Shown: positions 42,104 through 54,173 of the stretch, one piece after another | Layout: every line of letters begins with the position of its first letter | Position numbering within the stretch: the first letter of the stretch is position 1 | Assembly (NCBI GenBank): GCA_964016885.1 | Contig: OZ024740.1 | Span: forward strand, 321,966,001 to 322,030,000 | DNA: 64,000 nucleotides | Origin: Eledone cirrhosa | Taxonomy: Eukaryota | Direction: 5' to 3' | Made by a program: the position numbers and the translations under genes | The notes under the pieces: model-generated | Told to the model about the DNA's origin: nothing | Seen by the model: only the letters and a program-made list of their open reading frames with translations | Database searches by the model: none

Positions 42104-42156
42104 GAGATTCTACAGAACTAGAACTGTTTCATTCATTAGAAATCATCAGGAATCTC
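42104..42156 (-). ncRNA. type I hammerhead ribozyme forming almost the whole of a roughly 70-bp island in (TA)n
   Basis: gagattc-CTGATGA-t ttc taat gaa t-GAAA-cag ttctagtt ctg-TA/gaatctc, with a 7-bp stem I, a 4-bp stem III and GUA cleavage between 42111 and 42110. Confidence 0.8.
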
Positions 42157-42629
42157 AATATATATATATATATATATATTGTTATACTTTGGGAGGGTCA
42201 TGTTGCCAATAAGAAACACACGAAATATATATATATATACATATACATATATATATATACATTTGGAGTTAGAAGGCTAGAACCATGCAGGTTTGGAGAT
42301 AGAATATAAATGTAAGAGATAACGCTGACAATTAGTCTTTTACCTTAATTTATTCATATATCCTGATATTTCAAGATAATATCTCTTCGTCTGAGGAAAG
42401 TAAAGGGGTTAATTCAAGTAAACTACCAATTCCTTTTATATATATATAAAGGTTAAGCTTGAAAGAACAAATGAGTAAAGTTATGCCAGCAAATTTTCAA
42501 GCTCAATGTCGTGCAACAATCAGTAAAGAGATTGAATCAATTCATTTAAGGTATAATCCAAATGGAATCAAGGATTAAAGTTTGAGCAAAATAAATTTGG
42601 GTTGTATGAATGCAGGAGCACAGAACATT

Positions 42630-43105
42630 TAAATAATGGTTTCTGATTGAGGCACAAGGCCAACAATTTTGGGAGAGCGGAAAGTTGATAGAAAATTGAC
42701 CCCAGTGCATTACTGGTACTTTAGCAGGATTTAAACTCAGAATGTAAAGGGACATAACTATATGCCACAAAGCATGTTGTCCAACACTCTGCCAATACTG
42801 CCAATCTACTGCCTGAGAATTTAAATAATAAACAGACAAGTGTGATGAAGAAATTTAAGACATTTTATGTCATGCATATGTTGCTACAGGAAAAATATAA
42901 AATAAGGAAATGGCAAGAAGTTTGCTTAAGCTCCATTTTCATTATATAAGGTAGCAGATTGGCACAATCAGTAGAGCATCAGGCAATATGCTTTTCAGCA
43001 TATAGTTATGTCCCTTTATGTTCTGTGTTCAAATCCTGCTGAGGTTAGCTTTGCTTTTCATCCTTATGGGGTTGATAAAATAATGCACCAGTAATGCACT
43101 AGGTA
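42630..43105. mobile_element. two SINE family A copies (42630-42815 minus, 42948-43105 plus)
   Basis: B box and central-domain matches. Confidence 0.7.
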
Positions 43106-43511
43106 CTATACTATGAGCATGTAGTTAGAATGTCTCAGGAAAGAATCACTGGACAGATTTTTTGGGCAACACCCTGGGATAGATCCTGAACAAGATAGTT
43201 GGTTAAACATCCATGAACTCGGCTGGACTTGCTTGGTGATCCAGCTGGATCAGTTGGAAACAATTGCTTCTGACAGGACCCGTTCGAAAGAGTGGAGGAC
43301 TCTGCCACCACGACCTTCTCAGGAATAAGTGGACGAAGAAGAAGAAGAAGAAGAAGAAGAAGAAGAAGAAGAAGAAGACGGCTCCTTTTCAGCCACTAGT
43401 TGTGTTCCTTCGTCATCTCCTCTGCGAGTTTCAATGATTTGAGGCCATTTTCACAACCTCTGCTCAGATCTTTCTTGGTCTACTTCTACATATAAATATA
43501 TATATATATAT

Positions 43512-43554
<43 letters not shown>

Positions 43555-43558
<4 letters not shown>

Positions 43559-43680
43559 GGAAAAAATGAAACGAAATTTCATTTCTCACTCTTAGTACGG
43601 CTGTTACTTAAATATAAGTATGTATACGTATATACATACATGTATACAGACGTACAGTAGTATGTATATATACATACATG

Positions 43681-43735
<55 letters not shown>

Positions 43736-44615
43736 GTATGGACTCACTGAACATTTATTATGCTCGGTGTGTTTGTAAACAAACATCCCGAATTAAGCCG
43801 TACAGTGTCTAGCAACCATCGTTGCTCATTTGTTCAACACTGACAAAGGAACGCCGTACCAGTTTCAAGCCTATTAGCTATCGTCAGCAACGTATACCTT
43901 CCTTCCAGATGATTGAACGTCTGAAAGTATATACTTTCCTTATGCATATTAACGGCTGAGCAGCCCAATTTGCATATCGAGTGAGTTAATCGGCCGGGGT
44001 ACCGAAAACGATAAACGGAAAAATGAAACGAAATTTTATTTCTCACTCTTAGTACGGCTGTTACTCAAATATAAGTATCTATACGTACATACATACATGT
44101 ATACAGACGTACAGTAGTATGTATATATATATACATACATGCACACATATATATATGTACGTATGGATTCACCGAACATTTATTATAATGCTCGGTGTGT
44201 TTGTACCCCGGCCGATTAACTCACTCGATATGCAAATTGGGCTGCTCAGCCATTAATATGCATAAGGAAAGTATATACTTTCAGACGTTCAATCATCTGG
44301 CAGGAAGGTATACGTTGCTGACGATAGCTAATAAGCTTGAAACTGGTACAGCGTTCCATTGTCAGTGTTGAGCAAATGAGCAACGATGGTTGCTAGACAC
44401 TGTACGGCTTAATTCGGGATGTTTGTTTACAAACACACCGTGCATTATAATAAATGTTCGGTGAATCCATACGTACATATATATATGTGTGCATGTATGT
44501 ATATAAATATACATACTACTGTAGTCTGTATACATATATGTATGTACGTATACATACTTAAATTTGAGTAACAGCCGTACTAAGAGTGAGAAATGAAATT
44601 TCGTTTCATTTTTCC

Positions 44616-44620
<5 letters not shown>
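43555..44620. mobile_element. palindromic Penelope-pLTR-like element of about 1.07 kb in (TA)n: unit, partial tandem copy, inverted unit
   Basis: 43555-44001 is inverted at 44203-44620 and its start is repeated directly at 44011-44203. Hammerheads lie at 43851-43893 (-) and 44312-44354 (+). A fragment of the same element lies at 34397-34570. Confidence 0.85.
44312..44354 (+). ncRNA. minimal type I hammerhead ribozyme
   Basis: acgttg-CTGACGA-t agct aata agct t-GAAA-ctgg-TA/cagcgt. The mirror copy differs only by changes that keep pairing (U-A to U-G in stems I and II). Confidence 0.75.
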
Positions 44621-44693
<73 letters not shown>

Positions 44694-44703
44694 CATATAT
44701 ATA

Positions 44704-44735
44704 CTAGCAGAATGGCCCGGCGTTGCTCGGGATTC
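44704..44735 (-). mobile_element. Helitron 3' terminus
   Basis: The minus strand reads cccgagcaacgccggg ccattctg CTAG followed by T. Confidence 0.7.
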
Positions 44736-44968
44736 TAAACATAGATTGGCATGTTTATATGTATGTATTTTTTCTCGCGAGTCAGTTCTTTCGTTGCTAC
44801 AGTCCCCGCGGCTGAATTACCGGTCGCTATCTTCAATTTGCAAAGCCCTTTAAACGTAATGTTATTACTGTAAGGTTTTATACCTCATCGAGTGCTTGGC
44901 TGCTCTTTCTGATTGCAATCGTTGGCTTAGCTGCGGCTCGAGCTTCGACTATGCTGTATATATATATT

Positions 44969-45036
<68 letters not shown>

Positions 45037-45040
<4 letters not shown>

Positions 45041-46186
45041 GATAAATCTACCAAGAGTTTACGGTAGTGTCCAATCCGTATGAAGAACTCAATGTATTCC
45101 GGATATCATGGAAAGAAGAGATGTAATGAAAAATCACTTTCGGTGAAAGATAAACGGTATACAGAGTCAAGATAAAATATTAAACAAATAATGAATAAAC
45201 AATTCCTTATATTAAACAAAAAAAGTTCATTATTTAACGATCGTTTCTAGGATATATATGTGTTAGAATTGGCATGCATATTCAACAGATCTATGTACAA
45301 AATTATACAAAATTATACAAACTATCAAGATTAAATATACATACCAACACATATATACGCCGTCTTCAGAAATAATGAAGTATATTTATTGATAATAACA
45401 ACAATTCAAAATTTCAGGTCCGTTTGGGAACAAAATTGACCAATGAAAACACAAAGGGTTAAATGCAGTTCGGTGTGTGTATATACATGTAAAACCCTTA
45501 CACATATTTTACAAAAATGTATGTATAATTTGTATACGCATACTAAAAGGATGGATGCAAATATAAGATTTCAAGGTTAATGTCTCTGTAAGTTTATAAT
45601 GTACAGATACCGTGTGGGGGTGTGTGTGTGTTTGTATGTTCGTGGTTATGTGTATATTTATGCATATACGCGCGTGTATGTGTGATTGTACGGATATGTG
45701 TGAGTATGAAAAAATATATTTATATACTTAATTTCATACTTGTGTCAATACGTATCTTATCTGTGCATTATAAACTTACAGAGACATTAACCTTGAAATC
45801 TTATATTTGCATCCATCCTTTTAGTATGCGTATACAAATTATACATACATTTTTGTAAAATATGTGTAAGGGTTTTACATGTATATACACACACCGAACT
45901 GCATTTAACCCTTTGTGTTTTCATTGGTCAATTTTGTTCCCAAACGGACCTGAAATTTTGAATTGTTGTTATTATCAATAAATATACTTCATTATTTCTG
46001 AAGACGGCGTATATATGTGTTGGTATGTATATTTAATCTTGATAGTTTGTATAATTTTGTATAATTTTGTACATAGATCTGTTGAATATGCATGCCAATT
46101 CTAACACATATATATCCTAGAAACGATCGTTAAATAATGAACTTTTTTTGTTTAATATAAGGAATTGTTTATTCATTATTTGTTTA

Positions 46187-46195
<9 letters not shown>
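45037..46195. mobile_element. element with near-perfect inverted arms of about 437 bp (45173-45609 / 45758-46195), embedded in (TA)n
   Basis: The arms are reverse complements by direct comparison and each carries a long-stem-II hammerhead fold. Confidence 0.9.
45988..46141 (+). ncRNA. hammerhead ribozyme-like RNA with a stem II region of about 115 nt
   Basis: Stem I ttcattattt/aaataatgaa (10 bp), CTGAAGA 45998-46004, GAAA 46120-46123, stem III a-cgatcg-t, GUU site at 46131. A mirror copy lies at 45226-45379 (-). Confidence 0.7.
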
Positions 46196-46277
<82 letters not shown>

Positions 46278-46279
<2 letters not shown>

Positions 46280-46832
46280 GGTGGCTGCCAACTCGTTTTC
46301 GAGTACGGCCACTACTTTATATCCATGTAGGAGAACCCCTACCGATGCGCTAAACAAGTGTGACTTTTAGTCCAGCCAGCGACTTGAAAACTCTGGTACA
46401 AACACTACACCTGTGACAATTATTGACACATAGTGCTGGGCCCATGGTACCATGTGACGACAAGTGCAGAGAGATCTCCAGATATAAAGCAATGCCTGTG
46501 CCGTGAAGCTTTTATAGTGAGCAAAGGCACTGCACAAAGCCAGTCCCACTCTCTTAACCAAGATGATATTTACCAAAAAGAAGAACAAGTCAACATCATT
46601 GGATACCATCAGGGTTGCAGGTGTTATATCAGAGATTTCCTTCTCCTAGAATTCTGCCTTGACAAAGGCTAAGGGGTCATCTCTACCGGTGATTTTGGAT
46701 GGCCATTGACTCTTAAGAGCTCCTTTGCCCTTTGACAGGTTTTGTTTTTAGTCCTGCAGGATGTCCAAAGTCACCCTCCTCACCAAGAAACCTTGGTGGG
46801 GTTGCCAGTTTAGTCGCCAACGACCCGACCAT
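46278..46832 (-). mobile_element. second copy of the 41440-42050 element, 5'-truncated
   Basis: Only a handful of substitutions relative to 41440-41993. Confidence 0.8.
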
Positions 46833-46955
46833 ATATATAATAAAGGAGTCAGGCCTATAGCGTTTAAATGGATCCGGAACCACCCTTCTGTGAAACGGTC
46901 ATAACTGTGCCTAATCAATAGACCTTAATGTGAAACTTCGTTTTTTTTTGTTCTT

Positions 46956-46991
<36 letters not shown>

Positions 46992-47209
46992 CGTGCGTGT
47001 GCGTGTGCGTGTGTGTGTGTGCGTGTGTGTGTGTGTGTGTGCGTGTGTATGTGTGTGTGTGTTTTACTGGTAGGAAAAGGTGGATACCAATTATAAGTGG
47101 TACTATAACAGAGAATAGAGTAATGGGTAAAGGCGGGGGTGGGCAGGGTAGAAACTATAGATTACAGGAGGGGAAGATAAAAGAAGATAAAAGTAGTAGT
47201 TGAAGTAGA

Positions 47210-47436
47210 TCAACAGTAGTAGTGGTGGTGGTGGTGGTGGTGGTGGTAGTGGTGGTGGTGATGGTACTGGTGGTGCTAGTGGTGGTGGTGGTGGTGGTGG
47301 TGGTGGTGGTGGTAGCTGTGGTGGTGGTATGGTGGTGGGAGTGGTGGTAGTGGTAGTGGGGGCATGGTGGTAGTGGTGGTAATGGTGGCGGTAGTAGTAG
47401 TGGTGGTGTTGCCGGTGGTGGTGATGGTGGTGGTAT

Positions 47437-47495
<59 letters not shown>

Positions 47496-47618
47496 CTAGT
47501 AGTAGTAGTAGTGGTAGTGAGGGATAAAAAGTAGGTTAATGAATGTGGAAGTTGAATGGAGAATAACTTACACCACCCCACTGTAACCTGCAATACCCCA
47601 CCACCACCATTACTATAA

Positions 47619-47658
<40 letters not shown>

Positions 47659-48490
47659 TATAACTTGATATATATTTCACCGTACACCACCTGTGACATT
47701 GTTGTCTTGTGTACATGTGTGTATGTTTATGTGTGTGTTTGTGTGTGTATATGTGTGCCTGTGTGTGTGTGTGGTCACCACCACCTACAGCCAACAGCCA
47801 TGTCACGCACCAACCACACCACCATGTCTGTGTGTGTGTGTTTATGTGTGTGTGTGTGTGTGTGTGTATGTCTGTGTGTGTGTATGTCTGTGTGTGTGTT
47901 GTACTCATCATCACTAGCCACCAATCATGTCAAGCACCGCCATCACCACCAACATCACTTGGTCAAGCACCACTACCAACATCATCATCATGATCACCAC
48001 TACCATTACCATCACAACCCCACCACCACGACTATCATCACCACCCCACCACCACGACCACCACCATGATCACACACCCAGCACCACCACCACCAACATT
48101 ATCAACATCACTACCACCACTACCATCACAATCCCCACCACCACGACCACCACCATCATCACCCCTAGCACCACTACCACCAACATTATCATCACCCCCC
48201 ACCACCATCACCACTACCCCCCCCAGCACCACCACTACCAACATCATTATCATTACCACCTTTATCATCATTACCTTCCTCCTCTTCACCATCACCATCA
48301 TCATCATCATCACTACCATCATCATCATCATCATCACCACCATCATCTATAACCTCCCACCACCATCACCACTACCAACATCATCATCCTCATCATCTAT
48401 AACCTCGCACCACCATCACCACTGCCATCATCATCATCAACAACAACTCCACCCCCATCATCATCTTCACTGCCATCATCATCATTACAA
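47210..48490. repeat. (GGT)n/(AGT)n/(CAC)n/(CAT)n low-complexity region
   Basis: Read directly. Confidence 0.95.
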
Positions 48491-48548
48491 GCTCTAGTAA
48501 GTTCCACATCTAGGACGGAGCTTCTGCCACACACAGACATCCTAGAGT

Positions 48549-48759
48549 CTAGGATGTCAAACTGAGGGTGCCCCGAGGGTCACATATGTGTTAACTGAGG
48601 GCCACACACGACAACTAATCGCGCACATTACAACTAATTTTTTTCAATTTTATATTACGAAGATAAAACATGCTCGCGCTGTAAAAACCTTTGTGCAGGC
48701 CGCAGTGTGCTTGTAAAGGGCTGCACGCGGCCCGCGGGCCGTGTGTTTGACATGCCTGA
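48549..48759. mobile_element. hAT-like MITE
   Basis: Imperfect TIRs taggatgtcaaac / gtttgacatgcctg, subterminal gcggcccgcgggccg, and similar 8-bp flanks (tcctagag / acctagac). Confidence 0.55.
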
Positions 48760-49337
48760 CCTAGACCACATAAAAAAACACCAATTCGCTTGAATGTCAT
48801 TGAATCACTGACAAACACACTCTCTGTGTCTTTCCTACCACTACTACAATGGCATCTGCTCCTCACAGAAACTCCCCATCTTCTGGCCAACAGACCTTCT
48901 ATATCCCCCTTCTCTCTCACTCTCTTCTACTACTACTCCTTACACACAGAAACTCCCTAACTCCTGGCCTACAAACCTTCTATCTCCTCCTCTCTCACCC
49001 TCTTCTTCTCTTTTCTACCACTACCACAATGGCCTCTACTCCTTCGGGACAGAAACACCCTAACCTCTGGCCTACAGACCTTCAGTCTACCTCCTCTCTC
49101 CCTCTCTTCCACCACCATTACAATTCTCTTCTACGCCTCACAGACAGACACACTCCAGCCTCTGACACACAGGTGTTTTGTCTCATCATTATGCCTCTTC
49201 TACTTCTACCACAAAGGCCTATGCTCCTCACAGCCATACTCAAACTACTGGTCTCCAGTCACAGCCTTTCCTACAGCTACTACAAAAACTTCTGTTCCTC
49301 ATAGATAGACACACTCCTTTCGCCCGGCCCAAAGATG

Positions 49338-49402
<65 letters not shown>

Positions 49403-50430
49403 ATGCCACCACAATGGCCTCTACTTATCACAGACAGACACACTCAAGTCGCCAGCCAAAATCCTCCTGCGTCCTCTCTCTTAAACCACTACAATAATTA
49501 CCTCTACTTCTCTCAAAACACTCCATCCTTTGGCTCACTGCCCTTCTGTATCTGTATCCTCTTTCTCTATATTCAACTAGTACTACAATTCCTCTACTTC
49601 TAAAATAGACACCACCCCTCCCCCGGCCCACCGTTCTCTTATGTCCTCTCTCTGTATCTTATACAACTACTACATTACCTCTACTTTTCACAACATACTC
49701 CAATCCCCCGGCCACAGTCCTCCTGTGTCCTCTCTCTGTCTCTTCAACCACTACTACATTACCTCTACTTTTCACAGCACACTCAAGCCTCTCTCTCTCT
49801 CTTATACCACTACTTCAATTACACCTGTTCCCCACAACACTCTATCACCGGTCCACACTCCTCCTGTATCCTCTCCCCTCTCTCTTCAACCACTACAAAT
49901 ATAACCTCTGCTTCTCACAACACATTCGTCACCGATATTGTATCTAGCCCACCCCTAGATCCTGCACTAACCACTATGCTCAGTCATCCCCTCCTCCTCA
50001 CCACAACGAAACTTTGACTTTCTGGAACTATTTATTTCTGGAACAGGAGTTGACCCGCAACAATTTAAACTAAATACTAACAGCATTAATCCCATTGGTC
50101 ACGGAGGGCCTGGCAAGGACATGGACACAACCCCTCTCTCCAAACCTTGCAATCCTCACCCTAAAAAAATGATAACAAAATAACAGCAACAATAACAAAA
50201 ATAACTACAGAAAGAAACCAGCACCAACATCACCATCACCATCACCATCACCATCACCATCAGTCAACTACTGATTTTGATAAAATAAAGTGCTAGTCAT
50301 ATACTAACGTCGATAAAGTAGCCGTCAAGCCGTACTGGGTCGGTAGAATAAAGTACCAGTTATGTACTGAGGTTTGATTTAATAAAGTACTAGTGGTGGT
50401 GGTTGTGGTGGTGGTAGTTGCAGTTGTAGT

Positions 50431-51470
50431 AGGTGTGGTCGCCGTTTGTCAGACGGGCCTTTCCGCAGCTCGTCTCTTTGACTGGGCTGCAGTCCTGGGT
50501 CAAGAAGAGACCGAGACTGGGTGACTGGCATCTGGAATGTTGCCAGGCACTCACTACCCTCTACCAGGCGGGCAATGCGGTCAGTGGAACTTCCACTCTC
50601 GAGTTCTATAGAGGATTAGTGGTGGGCAAGTGCGACGACGCACTCGGAGAGGCTTTGGGAGTCAACGAAGTCGAACTAACCAGTCTGTACTAGAAGACAT
50701 TCGAGCCGGGGACGATGGATAATTTCCAAAAATCCCTCGCTTGGCAGTGCTACCGGGATAAACTCTACAGGCACGGAAATGCTGTCAGACGGACCTGCCC
50801 GAGATGCGCGCAGAGCGACGAAACCATTCTGCACGCACTCGTCCAGTGTCCGTGCATTACTGACTTGTGGAGTTATGTTCAACAGCTGTTGTCGCGTGTA
50901 GAACAGATCCGGCTATCGGCCGAGTCCATAGTGAAGATCGACCCGCCGCCTTCTTTTGGCCAGGAAGGACAGGCAATTTTCCTTTGTCTGGTGGCAGTAG
51001 CGAAAGAGGTTGTATGGTGGACGAGGTTGAAAGGACTGAAGACAGACACTTTTCTCTTCGGCCAATCCCTCATCAACTTTTTCAAGTTTCACTTGGAAGG
51101 GAAGGTGAGGGTGGAGAGAGAAGTGCTGCCCCCCAGTACATTTACTGAAAGGTGGGTGAATGTGGCGAGAATGGCCTGCGTGAGTGGGCCTACTCTGATC
51201 ATGCGCCTGTAGGCTGGTGAATTCGAGAAGGAGAGGGGTGCCCTTCCCGGGTGCCCTAGGAGCGTCGGGTGGCTCAGGACTGGTGGGGTGCTTGAGTCAA
51301 CCCTGGGTGGTGATCCCTCTTATTGGGGAACTTTCATTGTTGTATTTTTATTGTTATTTTGTTTTTGTTTTTTTGTTATTTATACTTACTCGATCTCTAT
51401 GTAAACCCCCACTGTCCCTGTCTATTGTGTTGTCCCCTATATGTCGGCCCTTGTGGCCAATAAATGAAAT
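50431..51470 (+). mobile_element. Tx1/L1-clade LINE 3' fragment (zinc-finger region plus 3' UTR)
   Basis: CPRCAQSDETILHALVQC CCHC motif. The same family as 62150-64000 (shared atggataatttccaaaaatccct / atggataacttccagaaatccct). Confidence 0.8.
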
Positions 51471-51552
51471 CATTATTACTATTGTAGTAGTAATAGTAGA
51501 AGTAGTAGTAGTGATGGTGGTAGTAGTAATGGTGGTGGTGGTGGTAGTGTTG

Positions 51553-51614
<62 letters not shown>

Positions 51615-52083
51615 TGTAGTAGTAGTAGCAGCAGCAGTAGTAGTAATAGTAGCAGCAGTAATAGTAGTTGTAATAGTAATAGTAGTAGCAGCAGCAGCAG
51701 TAGTAGTAGTTGTAATAGTAGTAGTAGCAGCAGTAGTTGTTATTTTTGTTGCTGTACTCCTCGTGGGGGTGGAGGTGGTGGCGGAGTGAGAAACGGTGTG
51801 GGTGAGAGGAGGAGGAAGAGGTGAGAAAGAGAAAGAGTGTGTGTGAAGGAAGAAGAGAAAGAGAAGAAAGAGTATTGAGAGAATGAGGAGCAAATGAGAG
51901 AAAGAACAAGAGAAAAAGTGAGTGAAAAGAAAGGGGATAAGGTAGTGTGAGAAAGTAAAGAGAAATAAATACAAGAGGAGGAAGTCTGAGAAAGAGTAAG
52001 AGGAGAGAGAGAGAGGAACAAGAGAAGGCGGAGAAGGAGGTAGAGAGTGAGGAAGAGGCGGTGAAGCCAGTCCACAATAAAGT

Positions 52084-52199
52084 ATGGCGGCAGCCCCACC
52101 ACAAAAGACCGTCCGCTTCAAAAACGAAGCTAAATTCCCCGACAAAAACAAATCTACCCTCACTTCACTCATACAAATGGGATTTTCCAGGCACAGAGC
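52084..52199 (+). CDS. UBASH3: first coding exon of a UBA-domain protein, likely the UBASH3/Sts-1 (ecdysteroid-phosphate phosphatase-like) family
   Basis: agtATGG start context. It translates MAAAPPQKTVRFKNEAKFPDKNKSTLTSLIQMGFSRHRA and ends phase 2 at a perfect GTAAGT donor (52200). The LxxLxxMGFxRxRA UBA start resembles the N-terminus of human UBASH3B and its fly homolog as recalled. Confidence 0.75.
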
Positions 52200-52558
52200 G
52201 TAAGTACCGAGATGTCTTTTGCTTCTTCCTGCCGTCTCCTTCGCCATATTATTCATTTTCGTTTGTCTTCTCCATCTCTGCCAATGTTTTTAATTGACAG
52301 CTAAAATAAAATGTTAGTGCGTATTTCCGCGTTTAATAGCACTTGCCACAAAGACGGGGATCGGTTTAAACATTGAAATTATAAGAAATCGTACCCCCAT
52401 TTTGCGGCCCACCTTTACGGCCGGTCTCTCTCCAGCAGCCACCGTGTGATGTATGTATGTGTGTATGAGAATGTGCGTATATATAAATGTGTATGTATAT
52501 AGTGTTATGTATATATATATATATATATTTGCATATAATGTGTTATGTATATAATGCG

Positions 52559-52604
<46 letters not shown>

Positions 52605-52613
52605 TATATATAA

Positions 52614-52655
<42 letters not shown>

Positions 52656-53029
52656 CACACACACATGTATGTGTGCGTATATATCACTTGTCTATACTCG
52701 TCTACGTTCGTGTGTATATATTATATATTTAGCGTGTTTATTTGATATTCTGCTGTCATTAAATAAACACACAGAAGGTGTATAATTGTTATTTTGTTTC
52801 TGCTACAATCAGTTCATCATATAATTTTATTTCAACCTTCTGGAAAATATATACACAAGTGGTGATAAAACGGATTTGTGTGTAGAGGATATATTATACA
52901 ATAGAATAATACACCAACACTCGCACACCCTTATATAATGTATACACACACATTTATACATACATATAGTTATATATTTATACGTACATATGATATACAT
53001 ACATAAATAAGCATCTATACATATGTATA

Positions 53030-53270
53030 CATACACATATATGTATATATACACATATATGTATATATACACATATATGTATATATACACATATATGTAT
53101 ATATACACATATATGTATATATACACATATATGTATATATACACATATATGTATATATACACATATATGTATATATACACATATATGTATATATACACAT
53201 ATATGTATATATACACATATATGTATATATACATATGTATATATACACATATATGTATATATACATATGT
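53030..53270. repeat. 18-bp tandem repeat (acacatatatgtatatat) derived from a TA microsatellite
   Basis: Read directly. Confidence 0.9.
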
Positions 53271-53271
53271 A

Positions 53272-53335
<64 letters not shown>

Positions 53336-53954
53336 TATATATACACAAACAAATTTATGTATATATATACACACACATAATGTATACATATACATTCATA
53401 TATACATTATACAATATCTAAGTTATACATGAATCATATGATTTATATATATAAATGTGTGTGTGTGTACACACACACACATTCCCTATTATAACTTCAT
53501 CTACAATCTATAAACATATGAATAATATCAATCATTCAATTTCTTGTTTTTATTTAATTCTATAGTATTATTTACCAGTCGTTTCATGTTAGCGTTTTTA
53601 AATCGATTGCTTATCAAATAATGTAAATACTGACCGTGCTTGTAATGTTTATAGATTTTACCTACACCTCTGTTGATATGTAACCCATTTCTGCTCCAAT
53701 ATATACAATATATATATATATAATATATATATAGTTATACATAATAACTGTTTACTTCGAAGTTTCGCCGACATTGGGGTCTTGTCAGTACGGTTTATCA
53801 CACTAAACCCTTTCAATAAACATTATGTAGTTGTCGAAGCGGCAAGAGCTCAACCGTCGGGCTCCGACTCTTTCTAATATAGTCACACTCCACTATCCCT
53901 AGTATCGAGTACTCTGTTTGATTAATGGTCCAACTAGTTTAATACTGGTTTAAT

Positions 53955-54016
<62 letters not shown>

Positions 54017-54087
54017 CAAGAAATGACAAGACACAGTCTTATTATGATCACGCTTAGGAGGAAGTAATATAGTAATATATGTATATA

Positions 54088-54173
54088 CATAGGGTGTCCC
54101 AAAAATGTATACACACTTCAACAGCATTCTAATGAATATGTGTATACATTTTTTTCTTTTGGTACACCCTGTA
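54088..54173. mobile_element. Tc1/mariner-like MITE
   Basis: TIRs agggtgtcccaaaa...atgtatacaca / tgtgtatacat...ttttggtacaccctg followed by TA. A lone end also lies at about 55687-55714. Confidence 0.6.

Noticed and set aside
47276-48497. Thr/His/Val-rich mucin-like ORFs (also 28444-28770 and 51217-52256)
   Set aside because: They are trinucleotide microsatellite translations.
48830-49930. Degenerate C/T-rich tandem repeats (also 55030-55220, 59140-59460 and 61380-61690)
   Set aside because: These are old minisatellites with no additional structure that I could support.
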